Assembly (NCBI RefSeq): GCF_004010195.1 | Contig: NC_057755.1 | Location: 6,603,210-6,667,209 of the forward strand | Reading direction: 5' to 3' | DNA: 64,000 nt | Origin: Chiloscyllium plagiosum | Taxonomy: Eukaryota | Position numbers and translations under genes: made by a program | Shown: piece by piece, positions 44,873 through 57,430 of the stretch | Layout: every line of letters begins with the position of its first letter | Position numbering within the stretch: the stretch's first letter is position 1 | Notes under the pieces: generated by a model | Seen by the model: the letters and a program-made list of their open reading frames with translations, nothing else | What the model was told of the DNA's origin: nothing | Databases searched by the model: none

Positions 44873-47800
44873 ATTCAGACCATATTGCTTCAGAATTTTA
44901 TCCGACAATCAATTGAAATTGTTATTGAAAAAAAAGACGCTGCTTCTAATTGATAATGGAAGTTAGAATACAAATTTCAACCACTTATGTAAGGTGTTAA
45001 TCTGTTCTACTTTCTTAACTAACTCATTGGCAAAGTGCATTACTACAACAGGAAGTCTGTACACCACATCCATTATATTTCAATTTCTTTTCCTTCATGT
45101 GAACCAAGGTCAGAGTTGACTGTATTCCCTTGACCTTTTCCTTTCTTAGTGCCCCAGCATCCCTAGTTACCCCTTGTGAAGATGGTGTTGAGATGCCTTC
45201 TTGAACTGCTGCTGTCTATATGCCATATGCAGACACGCAATTCCCTGAGATCGAATTCCTCGAAGTCCATCCCTCACAAAACTGAAGGAACAGCGTTATA
45301 TTTCTAAGTCAGGATGATGAGTGGCTTGTGGAGGAACTTGCAGTCGGTGGTATTCCGATGTATTGGCTGACATTGTCCTTCCGGATGGTAGTTGTTGTAC
45401 GTTTGCAAGGTTTCCTAAGAACCCCAGTGCATCTTGCATGCAGCACACACCACAGTGAATGGGAAATTGAATCAAACCACATCATTCTCTCTCTGTTTGT
45501 AATAGGTAAGTTGCATACGCCAATAACCTACAACATCTCATATTATGATTTCATGTTTTGAAGCAAATCCTTCATGCATTTCAACATCTCTTCTTTAGGT
45601 ATTCTGTAGTCTTAATAGGCAATTATGATGTTTCTGTCCTCTTAATGTGAAATCCAATAATTTTCTGGACTTGTTAAAGTAAATCATGTAGCATTAGCTT
45701 GTAAAACCAGTTTTGCATTAAATGAATGTGTGTTGAATACATTCCGGTTTAAGTCTGTAATTTTATCAAATTTCATTTCGGTTCAGATTTCTGCTTTAAT
45801 GATCGTTGTGTCTTCCCACCACACTGAGGTTCAGTAAGATGTAACATAGTAGGAACTGTTACTGCTTTGCCTTTCAAAGCACACATTAAAGCAATCAATA
45901 AAGTGTAATATTGGGAAAGGTACAACAGGTGAGGCAGCATCTGAGGAACAAAAGAGTTGACATATCGTGCATAACCCTTCTGATTTCCACCAGATTGATG
46001 TTTCCTTGATTTTTTGGTATACATGCTGAGTTAAACTAATGTCTGCAGAAGATATCTTGTTTTTATTCTTTGGTTGTACCGAATTTCAAATCGTTTCAGC
46101 TCAGATTAAGGATCTTTAAATCTTCCCAAACTTGTTATCTTTACCAAAATATAACAGTATTTTTCCTTACAAAGGAAACATTTAATATAATGCTATTATG
46201 ATTTTTGCCAGAGTGATGTGTGCTCAGTCTTTCATGATGAAGTAAATCTGTTTGATTGCTCCATGTACAGTTCACAATAGTTTACCCTCTAGTAGATTGA
46301 GAGCATATTGATGTAAGTCTACTTGACTGTTCCACATGGAGCTCACAATCGTCTGCAATCTAGTGACATTACAACATACTGCTTCAAAGTCTTCACTGGA
46401 ATTCAATTGACATAAAGAAAGCGATTTCCTTCTGCTGTCCATTGTATTATTTCTAAACCGCAGTCCAAGTTCCCAGTCCAAATCAAGTCAAAAACTATGG
46501 AGATAGATAATTACATCCTCGATTGTTCTCTCTTTCTCAGTCTGTACCAAACCTTAGCTTATTTGTTTAAATTGTGAAAACATGTGATTTATTTTCATGG
46601 TCACACTGTGACAATGTAATTACAATAAAGATAAAACAAGTTCCTGTTCCCTAAATAAATTGTCATACCGATTCTGAGGTCTGGCCCTGGATTATAACAC
46701 TAACCATGTGGTGGGATGGGTTGGCATTGATACAAGGCATGGGAGTTGAGCATTGGAGAATTCGCATCATTTGCGGGTTCTTGCTGTTGTCACAGTGTTA
46801 GGTCTGTTCCAATAATATTTGTGGTGACATTCTGGATTTGGCGGAGACAGATGCAGAGTGCCAAGCTGTGATATATCAATATCAGATGGTCCACTGCCCT
46901 GTAACTGGACTGAAATATTTCACGTTTCTTTTCACTTGTCTGTACTCCCTGTTCCATCGTTTAATTTTTCTGATGTTAAACTGTCAATGCACTGTGTTCA
47001 TTGGTTTACCCTCATCTGGATAAGACACAGGGTCAGCAAGCTTGCTAGAGATGTAGAGCAAGGAAACTGAACCTTCGGTCCTCCTCAGCCATGTCGGCCA
47101 GTTATCCCAAATTAATCTAATCCCATTTACCAACACTTGGCCAATATGCCTTTAAGTCTTTCCCGTTCACATACCCATCCAGATGGCTTTTAAATATTGT
47201 CATTGTACCAGTCTCCGCCATTTCCTTTGGCAGCTCAATCTATATGCACAGCACCCTCTGTGTGAAATGTTACACCTTCGGTCACTTTTAAATCTTTCCC
47301 CTCTCACCCTAAACCTATGCCCAGTAGTTCTGGACTCCACAACCCCGGGGAAAAGACCTTGTCTATTTTTGCTAACCATGCCCCTCAGGATTTTATAAAG
47401 CTCTATAAGGTCACACCTCAGCCTCTGACGCTGTTAGGAGTTCCATCATCAAATCATTGACATTCAAATTGAACACGCATAGGGGCGCGCTCTCGGTACT
47501 CATTTACAGTCAGAAACTCAATCTCTCTCTCTCCACTACACGCACAAGCGCCCACGCACACACACACAGAGATATATCAACGTGTTAGATGGAAATATAC
47601 AAATATAAGACACACAGAGTTATACCTGGAAGTCACACTGAGGGCAGGAAAATTCTGAGGCAGGACCTCAGCAATTATCCCTACATGATCTACCCAGTCC
47701 ACTGTGTCGGTGGGATTGGTGTCAGAGAATCTAGATGTTAGTGTGGGACCAATATTTTCAAACTATGTTGATGTCTATAGCTTTTATCTATTTATACAGT

Positions 47801-48074
47801 CGCTGGCAGTGCTCTGTTAATATAAAACAGTGGCTGTGAAAAAATCTAAGGTGTCTGACTGAGGGAGAGGGGTGAATGTGTACAGAAACATTTCCATTTA
47901 TAAATCCTTGCAGAGGTAGGAAACGGAGACAGCTCTTTGTGAGTGATTAAGTTGCAAATTCCAGAACATCTTTACATTGAATGCTTGAGACAAAGTTACG
48001 TTGCAGCAATGTCTGCCTTAGTTTCCAAGCTCCAAAAACTGGTCGCACGTCAATTCGAATTTTTGATGAGATTG

Positions 48075-48355
48075 AGGCAGGTAACACTAAATGGGGGTAT
48101 TGGTGCAGTGTTGCAATAAACGGCAGAATGTGTGCAGTGTCGCACTAAATTGGAGAATTGGTGCAATGTAGTAGTAAAAGGGGGAGTTTTGTTAGCATAA
48201 CATTAATTGGGAGAATTGGTGCAGTGTAGCAACAAAAGGGAGATTTCGTGCAGTGTCGACTTAAATGGGAGAATTTGTGCAGAGTAGTATTTAATTGGAG
48301 ACTTGGGGCAGTGTAACAATAAACGGGAGAACTGGAGCAGCATAATACTAAATAT
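48075..48355. repeat. 29-bp satellite, left piece
   Basis: Unit approximately TAAATGGGAGAATTGGTGCAGTGTAGCAC. Confidence 0.9.
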
Positions 48356-48704
48356 CCTGGTACGAATATTCTGTGTGGGAAATTTGCTCATGCTATTTGG
48401 GTGGGTTAACACTAGCTCAGCACGGGAATGGGAACCTGTAGTGTACTTCCACTGCACAGGAGGATGCGAATATGGCGGATATAAACAGGATTTCACGGTC
48501 AAAGAAGTGTGGTGACAGCCAGCTGCCAAGACTGAAGTGTTGTGTCTACTTCAACGCCTGGAGTATCCAAAATAAGGTAGCTGAGATTGTAGCATGAATT
48601 GGTGTTTGGAACCTCAGTGTAGTGGCTATTTATGAGACATGGATAGAGCAGGGTCAGAATTGAGTGTTGCAAGTTCTAGGGTTTAGATCGTTCATTAATA
48701 AAAC

Positions 48705-51700
48705 GTATAACATAGAACAGTACAGCACATAACAGGCCCTTCAGCCCATGATGTTGTGCCGATAATTGATCCTCATGTAAAGTAAACCTAATGTACTAAC
48801 CCTCAAATTTCTGTGACCATATGCATGTCCAGCAGTCTCTTAAATATCCCCAATGACCTTGCTTCCACAACTGCTGCTGGCAACGCATTCCATGCTCTCA
48901 CAACTCTCTGCGTAAAGAACCCGCCTCTGATATCCCCTCTATGCTTTCCACCAAACAGCTTAAAACTATGACCCCTCGTGTTAACAATTTCTGCCCTGAG
49001 AAAAAGTCTTTGGCTCTCAACTCTATCTATGCCTCTCATTACCTTGTACACCTCAATTAGGTCCCCTCTCTTCCTTCTTTCTTCCAATGAAAAAGGTCCG
49101 AGCTCAGTCAACCTCTCTTAGTAAGATGAGCCCTCCATTCCAGGCAGCATCCTGGTAAATCTCCTCTGAACCCTCTCCAAAGCAGCCACATCTTTCCTAT
49201 AATAGGGTGACCAGAACTGGGCACAGTATTCCAAGTGCGGTCTAACCGAAGTTTTATAGAGCTGCAACAAGATCTCATGGCTCTTAAACTCAATCACCCT
49301 TTTAATGAAAGCCAAAACACTATACACTTTCTTAACAACCCTGTCCACTTGGGTGGCAATTTTAAGGGAACTATATACCTGCACACCAAGAGCCCGCTGT
49401 TCCTCCACACTGCCAAGAATCCTGTCTTTAATCCTATACTCAACTTTCAAGTTCGACCTTCCAAAATGCATCACTTCGCATTTATCCAGGTTGAACTCCA
49501 TCTGCCACCTCTCAGCCCATCTCTGCATCCTGTCAATGACACGCTGCAGCCTACAAGAGTCCTCTATGCTGTCAACGACACCTCCAACCTTTGTGTCGTC
49601 TGTAAACTTGCTAAACCATCCTTCATTCTCCTCATCCAAGTCATTAATAAAGTTTACAAAGAGTAGAGACCCAAGAACAGAGCCCTGTGGAACACCACTC
49701 ACCACTGACTTCCAGGCAATATACTTTCCTTCCACGACTACTCGCTGTCTTCTGTCGACCAGCCAATTCTGTATCCAGGCAACTAAATTTCCCTATATCC
49801 CATTCCTCCTGACCTTCTGAAAGAGTTTAGTATGGGGAACCCTATCAAATGCCTTGCTGAAGTCCAGATACACCACATCAACCGCTGGACCCTCATCAAC
49901 TTGTCTAATAACATCCTTAAAGAACTCAATACGATTTGTGAGGCATGACCTGCCTCTCACAAAGCGGTGCTGACTGCCTTTAATCAAGCTATGCTCTTCC
50001 AGATGGTCATAAATCCTATCCCTCACAATCCTTTCTAACACCTTGCAGACGACAGATGAGAGACTGACTGGTCTATAATTGCCGGGGATTTCCCTATTGC
50101 CTTTCTTGAAGAGAGGAATTACATTTGCCTCCCTCCAGTCCTCAGGTACAACTCCAGTGGAAAGCGAGGATAAAAAGATCTTCACAAGGGGTGAAGCAAT
50201 CACATTTCTCGTTTCCCAAAGCAGCCAAGGACAAATCTGGTCTGGCCCTGGCGACTTGTCAATCTTAATATTTGTCAAAATCTTCAGCACATCAGCTTCC
50301 TCAATCTCTATCTGTTCCAGCAGGTTTACCAGCTCCTCAATGGTTTCATTCACTACAAGGTCCTTTTCTTTAGTAAAGACAGAAGCAAAAAAACACATTT
50401 AGGGCTTCCCCTATCTCCTCAGACTCCACACACAAGTTCCCTATGCTATCTCTGATCGGCTCTACTCTTTCTTTGATCATTCTCTTATTCCTCACAGACG
50501 TGCAAAATGCCTTTGGATTCTCCTGAATCCTTCCTGCAATGCCTTTTTTATGTCCTCTCCGAGCTCTCCTCAGACCATTTTTGAGTTCCTTCCTCGCCTG
50601 CCGGTAATCCTCTGGAGCTGAGCAAGACACTTACTTCCTCCACCTTAAGTAAGCTGCCTTCTCTCTTTCGACGAGAAGCTCCTCCGCTCTCGTCATCCAA
50701 GGTTCCTTTATCTTACCGCTTCTTGCCTGTCTCAGAGGAACACATTTATGCATCACTCGCAACAACTGTTCCTTAAACAGTCTCCACATGTCTATAATGC
50801 CCTTTCCATGGAACAATTGCTCCCAGTCCATGCTTCCCAACTCACGTCTGATAGCATCACAGTTTCCTTTTCCCCAGTTAAATATCCTCCCATTGTGCCT
50901 GCTTCTCTCCTTCTCCATAGCTATGTAGAATGTGAGGCAGTTGTGGTCACCATCACCAACATGCTCTCCCACAGCAAGATCCCACTGCAAGATCATTGCC
51001 GAGCACCAAATCCGAAATGGCTTCTCCCCTCGTCGGCCTGTCAACGTACTGAGTTAGGAAACCCTCCTAAAAACAGCTCCTTCCAAAACATCTGCTCGAA
51101 GGAGGTTCTAATCAATATTGGGAAAGTTAAAGTCACCCATTACAACAACCCTACTACATTCACACTTTTCCAAAATCTGCCGACCTATGCTTTCTTCAAT
51201 ATCCCTGCTGCTATTGGGGGGCCTGTAGTAAATCCCTAATTAGGTGACTGCTCCCTTACTGTTCCTAATTTCCACCCATACTGACTCATTAGGCAAATCC
51301 TCCTCGACAATAGTAACTTCAGTAGCTGTGATACCCACTCTGATTCGCAGTGCTACACCCCCTCCTCTTTCCCCCCTCCCTACTCTTTTTAAATGTTCTA
51401 AACCCTGGAACATGCAGGATTTAGACATTCCTGCCCCTGAGAAAACCACGTCTCTGTTATAGCCACAACATCATTAGTGGGCGGCACGGTGGCACAGTGG
51501 TTAGCACTGCTGCCTCACAGCGCCTGAGACCCGGGTTCAATTCCCGCCTCAGGCGACTAACTGTGTGGAGTTTGCACGATCTCCCCGTGTCTGCGTGGGT
51601 TTCCTCCGGGTGCTCCAGTTTCCTCCCACAGTCCAAAAGATGTGCAGGGTCAGGTGAATTGGCCATGCTAAATTGCCCGTAGTGTTGGGTAAGGCGTAAA

Positions 51701-52120
51701 TGTAGGGGTATGGGTGGGTTTCGCTTCGGCACGTCGGTGTGGACTTGTTGGGCCGAAGGGCCTGTTTCCACACTGTAATGTAATCTAAATCTAATCTAAT
51801 CATAGCACCAGATACTGATCCATGTTCTAAGCTCATCACTTTTATTCCTGATACTCCTTGCATTAAAGCAAACACACTTTAACTGATCCCTTGGTTCTTT
51901 CTCAGGAAATTCCTTCCCATAGATGCGTTACCTCTTGCTATTGCCTCATCTCCATCAACTCTCACCACCGGTGTATAGCTCAGGTTCCCACACCCCTGCC
52001 ATACTAGTTTAAACCCTCCATCCAGGACATTGGTCCCCTTCCAGTTCAGGTGCAACCCGTCCTTCATGTACATGTCCCACCTTCCCCAGAAGGTTCCCAA
52101 TTGTCTACGAATCTGAAGCC
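48705..52120 (-). mobile_element. CR1 with ORF1 esterase end and nearly complete but disrupted ORF2 (EN+RT)
   Basis: DGLHLNWKGTNVL (ORF1 SGNH-type esterase), RGGGVAL, PGNYRPVSL, YLDFSKAFD, SGVPQGSVLG and KFTDDTK; frameshifts and stops. Confidence 0.93.
51479..51800 (+). mobile_element. HE1-type V-SINE nested in CR1
   Basis: Full length; interrupts the endonuclease region of the 48705-52120 LINE. Confidence 0.9.
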
Positions 52121-54180
52121 CTAAGATCAGTGATGGTTGTAAAAGAGGGGGAGGTTTGGCTGTGTTAGTCAAGGACAGTGTGCCGGTGGCTGAAAGAACC
52201 TTTGACGAGGAATCACTTTTGGCGAGGACTCGTTGACTGAGGTGGTACGTGCTGAGTGTAGAAAGAGGAGAGGAGTGGTCACACGGCTGCGAGTTTTTTA
52301 TTGGCTTCCACAAATTTGCAGGGACGTGGAGGAGAGAATTGACAAAGCGAATCTAGGTAGGATTGAAAGGAACAGGGTGATCATCATGGGGGACTATAAC
52401 TTCCACAACATTGACTGGAAATTCTACAACTCTCGGACATCGAATGGATCAGTTTGTGTCCAATGTGTGCAGGAGGGTTTCCTGACATAGTATGTCGAAG
52501 ACTGACAAAAGGGGAGGCTATGCGGGATGTGGTATTTGGAAATGAACAAGACTAGGTGTTTGATATTTTTGGTAGATGACCATTTTGGAGAGAGTGACCA
52601 TAATTCGTTAGCGTTTAGTTTAACGATGGAATGGAATAGGTACATGCTTCAGGGCAAGAGTTATAGATGGTGGGAGGGCAATTATAACGCAATTAAGCAA
52701 GACTTAGGATGCACAGAATAGGTTTTCTAAATGTAGAGATGGGGGCAATCGAAAGGCAGAGCTGATTTAAGGAACAGGTACTGCGTGTCCTCGTCAGGTA
52801 TGTACCTGTCAGGCAGGGAGGAAGTGGTAAGATCAGGGAACCTGGTTTACTGAATACGTTGCATCTCTTGTTAACCGGAAGAGGGAGGCTTATGTGAAAA
52901 TCAGTCGAGATTGTTCAGATGAGGCGATGGAGAGTTATAGATTAGATAGGAAGGATTTAGAGACAGAGTGAAGAAGAGCAAGGAGGGGACATGAGAAGTC
53001 TTTAGCAGGTAGAATAAAGGAGAACCCAAAAGCTTTTTATTGGTATGTGAGGAATAAAGGGACAACTAGGTTAGGAATAGGGCCAGTAAAAGTGGGAATT
53101 TGTGTGTGGACTCTGTCGAAATCAGAGTGGTGCTAAAGTAATATTTATCATCTATTTTCACTCAGGAATAGGAGAATATTGTAGAGGAAAAGACAGAGAT
53201 ACGGGCTATTAGAATAGAAAGGATTGAGGTTAGTAAGAAGATGGTGTGACCAATTCGAGAATGTATGAAACTAGATAGGTCCACTGGACAAGAAAGGAAT
53301 GATCCAGTGATTCTCTGGGAAGCGATGGAGGAGATGGTGGATCCTTTGGTCTTGATCTTTGAGTCTTTATTGTCTACAGGTATAGTCCCAGAGGACTGGA
53401 GGATTGCAAATGTTGTGCCCTTGTTCAAGTAGGGCAGTAGAGATCACCCAGGTACATGTAGACCAGTGGACTTTGCGTCTGTTGCAGGAAAAGCTTTGGA
53501 TACGATTATAAGAAATAAGACTTATAATCATTAGGCAAGCAACAATTTGATTGGAGATCGTCAATATGGTTTTGTCAAGGGTAGGTCGTGTCTCACAAAC
53601 AACACTGAGTTTTTTGTCAGGGTGAGCAATCATGTGGATGAGGATAGGGCAGTTGACATGCTGTACATGGACTTCAGTAAAGCCTTTGATAAGTTTTCAA
53701 TAATATCTTTTGGAGAAAATGCGGAGGCATGGCATTGAGGGTGATTTAGCAGTTTAGATTAGAAACTGGCTTTCTGTAAGAAGGCAACGAGTGGTGGTTG
53801 ATGGAAAATATTCAGCCTGCTTTCCGGTTATTAGTGGTGCGTCACAAGGATCTATTTTGGGACAACTGCTGCTTTTCTTTTTTATAAATGACTTGGATGC
53901 AGGCATAGGTGGACTGGTAAGTAAGTTTGCAGATGACACTAAAGTCGATGGTGGACAGTGTGGACGAATGTTGCAGGTTTCAGGGTCATAAACTTGGATA
54001 AACTGCTGAATTGGGCTGAGAGGTGGCAAATGACGTTCAATGTAGATAAATTTGAGGTAATTCACTTTGAGAAGAAAGGAAGACAGAATGCTGGATCAAT
54101 GGAAAAATTCTTGGCAGTGAGAATGTGCAGAGGGATCTTGGTGTCCAGGAAGGAGATTACTGAAAGTTTCCACCCAGGTT

Positions 54181-55538
54181 ATAGAGTCATAGAGATGTAC
54201 AGCATGGAAGTCTTCGGTCCAACCCGTCCATGCCGACCAGATATCCCAACCCAATCTAGTCCCACCTGCCAGCACCCAGCCCATATTTCTCCAAACCCTT
54301 CCTATTCATATACCCATTCAAATGCCTCTTAAATGTTGCAATTGTATCAGCCTCCACCACTTCCTCTGGCAGCTCATTCCATACACGTACCACCCTCTGT
54401 GTGAAAATGTTGCCCCGTAGGTCTCTTTTATATCTTTCCCCTCTCATCCCAAACCTATGCCCTCTAGTTCTGGACTCCCCGACCCCAGGGAAAAGACTTT
54501 GCCTGTTTACCCTCCCCATGCCTTTCATAATTTTGTAACCCTCTATAAGATCAGCCCTCAACCTCCGACGTCCAGGGAAAACAGTCCCATCCTGTTCAGC
54601 CTCTCCCTACAACTCAAATCCTCCAACCCTGGCAACATCCTTGTCAATATTTTCTGAACACTTCCAAGATTCACAACATCTTTCTGATCGGAAGGAGAAC
54701 AGAATTGCAGGCAATATTCCAACAATGGCCCAACCAATGTCTTGTACAGCTGGAACATGACCAACCAACTCCTATACACAGTACTCTGATCAATAAAAGA
54801 AAGCATACCAAACACCTTCTTCACTATCCTATCTACCTGCGACTCCATTTTCAAGGAGCTATGAACCTGCACTCCAAGGTCTCTTTGTTCAGCAACACTC
54901 CCTCGGACCTTACCATTAAGTGTATAAGTCCTGCTAAGATTCCCTTTCCCAAAATGCAGCACCTCGTATTTATCAGAATTAAACTCCATCTGCCACTTCT
55001 CAGCCCATTGGCCCATCAGGTCCAGATCCTGTTGTAATCCGAGGCAATCTTCCTCCCTGTCCACTACACCTTTAATTTTTGTGTCACCTGCAAACTTACT
55101 AACCGTACCTCTTATGCTCGCATCTAAATTATTTATGTAAATGACAAAAAGTAGAGGACCCAGCACCGATTCTTGTGTCACTCCACCTGTCGCAGGCCTC
55201 CAGTCTGAAAAACCACACTCCAGTCTGAAAAACCACCCTGTCTTCTACCTTTGAGCCAGTTCTGTATCCAAATGGATACTTCTCCCTGTATTCCATGAGA
55301 TCTAACCTTGCTAACCAGTCTTCATTGGGGAACCTTGTCGAACGTCTTACTGAAGTCCATATAGATCACATCTACTGCTCTGCCCTCATCAATCCTCTTT
55401 GTTATTTCCTCAAAAAAACTCATGAGACATGATATCCCACGCACAAAGCCATGTTGACTATCCCTAATAAGTCCTTGTCTTTCCAAATATATGTACATCC
55501 TGTCCCTCAGGATTCCCTCCCACAAGTTGCCCACCACC
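54181..55538 (-). mobile_element. CR1, 5'-truncated, nested in the + strand CR1
   Basis: SVLGPLLFVIYIN, SKFAGDTK and 3' tail at 54181. Confidence 0.9.
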
Positions 55539-56597
55539 AATAGTACTGTTAAGAAGGCATGCGGTGTGTGAGGTTTTATTGGTAGAGGGATTGAGTTCCG
55601 ATGCCATGATGTTCTGCTGGAAATGCACAAAACGCTAATGCGGCATCACTTAGAATATTGGGCACCATTCTGGCCACCTCATTACAGGAAGGATGTTCTG
55701 TATCCAAATGGATACTTCTCCCTGTATTCCATGAGATCTAACCTTGCTAACCAGTCTTCATTGGGGAACCTTGTCGAACGTCTTACTGAAGTCCATATAG
55801 ATCACATCTACTGCTCTGCCCTCATCAATCCTCTTTGTTACTTCCTCAAAAAAACTCATGAGACATGATATCCCACGCACAAAGCCATGTTGACTATCCC
55901 TAATAAGTCCTTGCCTTTCCAAATATATGTACATCCTGTCCCTCAGGATTCCCTCCCACATGTTGCCCACCACCAATAGTGCTGTTAAGAAGGCATGCGG
56001 TGTGTGAGATTTTATTGGTAGAGGGATTGAGTTCCGATGCCGTGATGTTCTGCTGGAAATGCACAAAACGCTAATGCGGCCTCACTTGGAATATTGGGCA
56101 CCATTCTGGCCACCTCATTACAGGAAGGATGTGGAAGCATTAGAAAAGGTGCAGAGGAGATTTACCGGGATGTTGCCTGTTCTGGAGGGAAGGTCTTATG
56201 AGGAAAAGTTGAGGTACTTGGGTCCGTTCTCATTGGAGAGAAGAAAGCTATGAGGGGATTTGATAGAGACATTCATGATGATCAGAGGAATAGATAGCGT
56301 GGACAGTGAGAGTCTTTTTCCTAGGATTATTGTATCTGCTCAAACGAGAGGGCATAGCTGCAAATTGAGAGGTAATAGCTTTCATACAGACGTCAGAGAT
56401 AAGTTCGTTTTTCATCGATAGGTGAGAGTATGGAATGCCTTGCCTGCTCATGCATTAACTCAGCCAAATTAGGGGCATTTAGACAATCATATGGATGATG
56501 ATGGGATAGTCTGGAGGGGCGTGGGTTTAGATTAGTTCACAGGTCGGCGCCACATCAAGGGCCAAAGGTCCTTTTTCTGCGCTGTATTGTTCTATGT

Positions 56598-57430
56598 TCT
56601 AAGTGGGGGAATTGGTGCAGTGTAGCACTAAATGAAAGAATTGCTGGAGTGTGGTACTTAAAACATAATTGGGACAGTGTAGCACCAAATGAGAGTATTG
56701 GCCCAGTGGAAGCGGTGCAGTGCAGCTCTCAATGGGAGAATGGTGCAGTGCGGTAGAAAAAGGGAGAATTGGGCAGCAGAGCACTAAATTGGAGAATTGG
56801 TGCAGTGTGGCACTGTAAGGGAGAATTGAGACAATGTTGCACTAAGTGGGAGAAATGGAACAGTGTTACACTTAACGGGAGAATTGGTGCAATGCGGCAC
56901 TAAATGAGAGAATTGGTGCAACAAACGAGGAAATGGGAGAATTGACGCAGAATAGCAACAAACGGGAGAATTGGCGCAGTATAACTTTAAGTGGGTGAAT
57001 TGGGACTGTATCGCACTAAATGGGAGAGTTTGTACTGTGTTGCACTAAATGAGAGAATTGGGGCAGTGTAGCACAAATTTAGGGATTTTTGGCTATGTAG
57101 CACGAAATGGAAAAAAGGGTGCACTGTAGCACGATATGGGTGAATTTTTGTAGGGTGGTAATAAATGGCAGAATTAGTTCAAGGTAGCATTGACTGAAAG
57201 AATTAGTGCAGTGGAGCACTAAATGGTAGACTCGATGCAGTGTAGCACTAAATTGAAGAATTGTTGTAGTGTAGCATTAAATGAATGAATTTGACTAAAT
57301 GGGAGAACTGTTGCTGACTAGCAATAAATGTGACAATTGGTGATGTGTAACACTAATGGGTGAATTGGTGTCATGCAGCAATAAATTGGAGGATTGGGGC
57401 AATGTAGCACTAAATTAGAAAATTGGTACA
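56598..57430. repeat. 29-bp satellite, middle piece
   Basis: Same unit and orientation. Confidence 0.92.

Larger units (their letters stand above)
48360..56597 (+). mobile_element. Long decayed CR1 in three pieces (48360-48700, 52121-54180, 55540-56597), split by later insertions
   Basis: Endonuclease start (WNLSVVAIYETWI) resumes at 52121 (KRGGGLAVLV, IIMGDYNF); RT motifs at 53.3-54.1 kb; CACCCAGGTT|AATAGTACTGTTAAGAAGG rejoins across 54180/55539; tail TTCTATGTTCTA. Confidence 0.82.

Noticed and set aside
48705..52120. Autonomous active LINE
   Set aside because: ORF2 is split by frameshifts, stops and a SINE, and most of ORF1 and the 5' UTR are missing.
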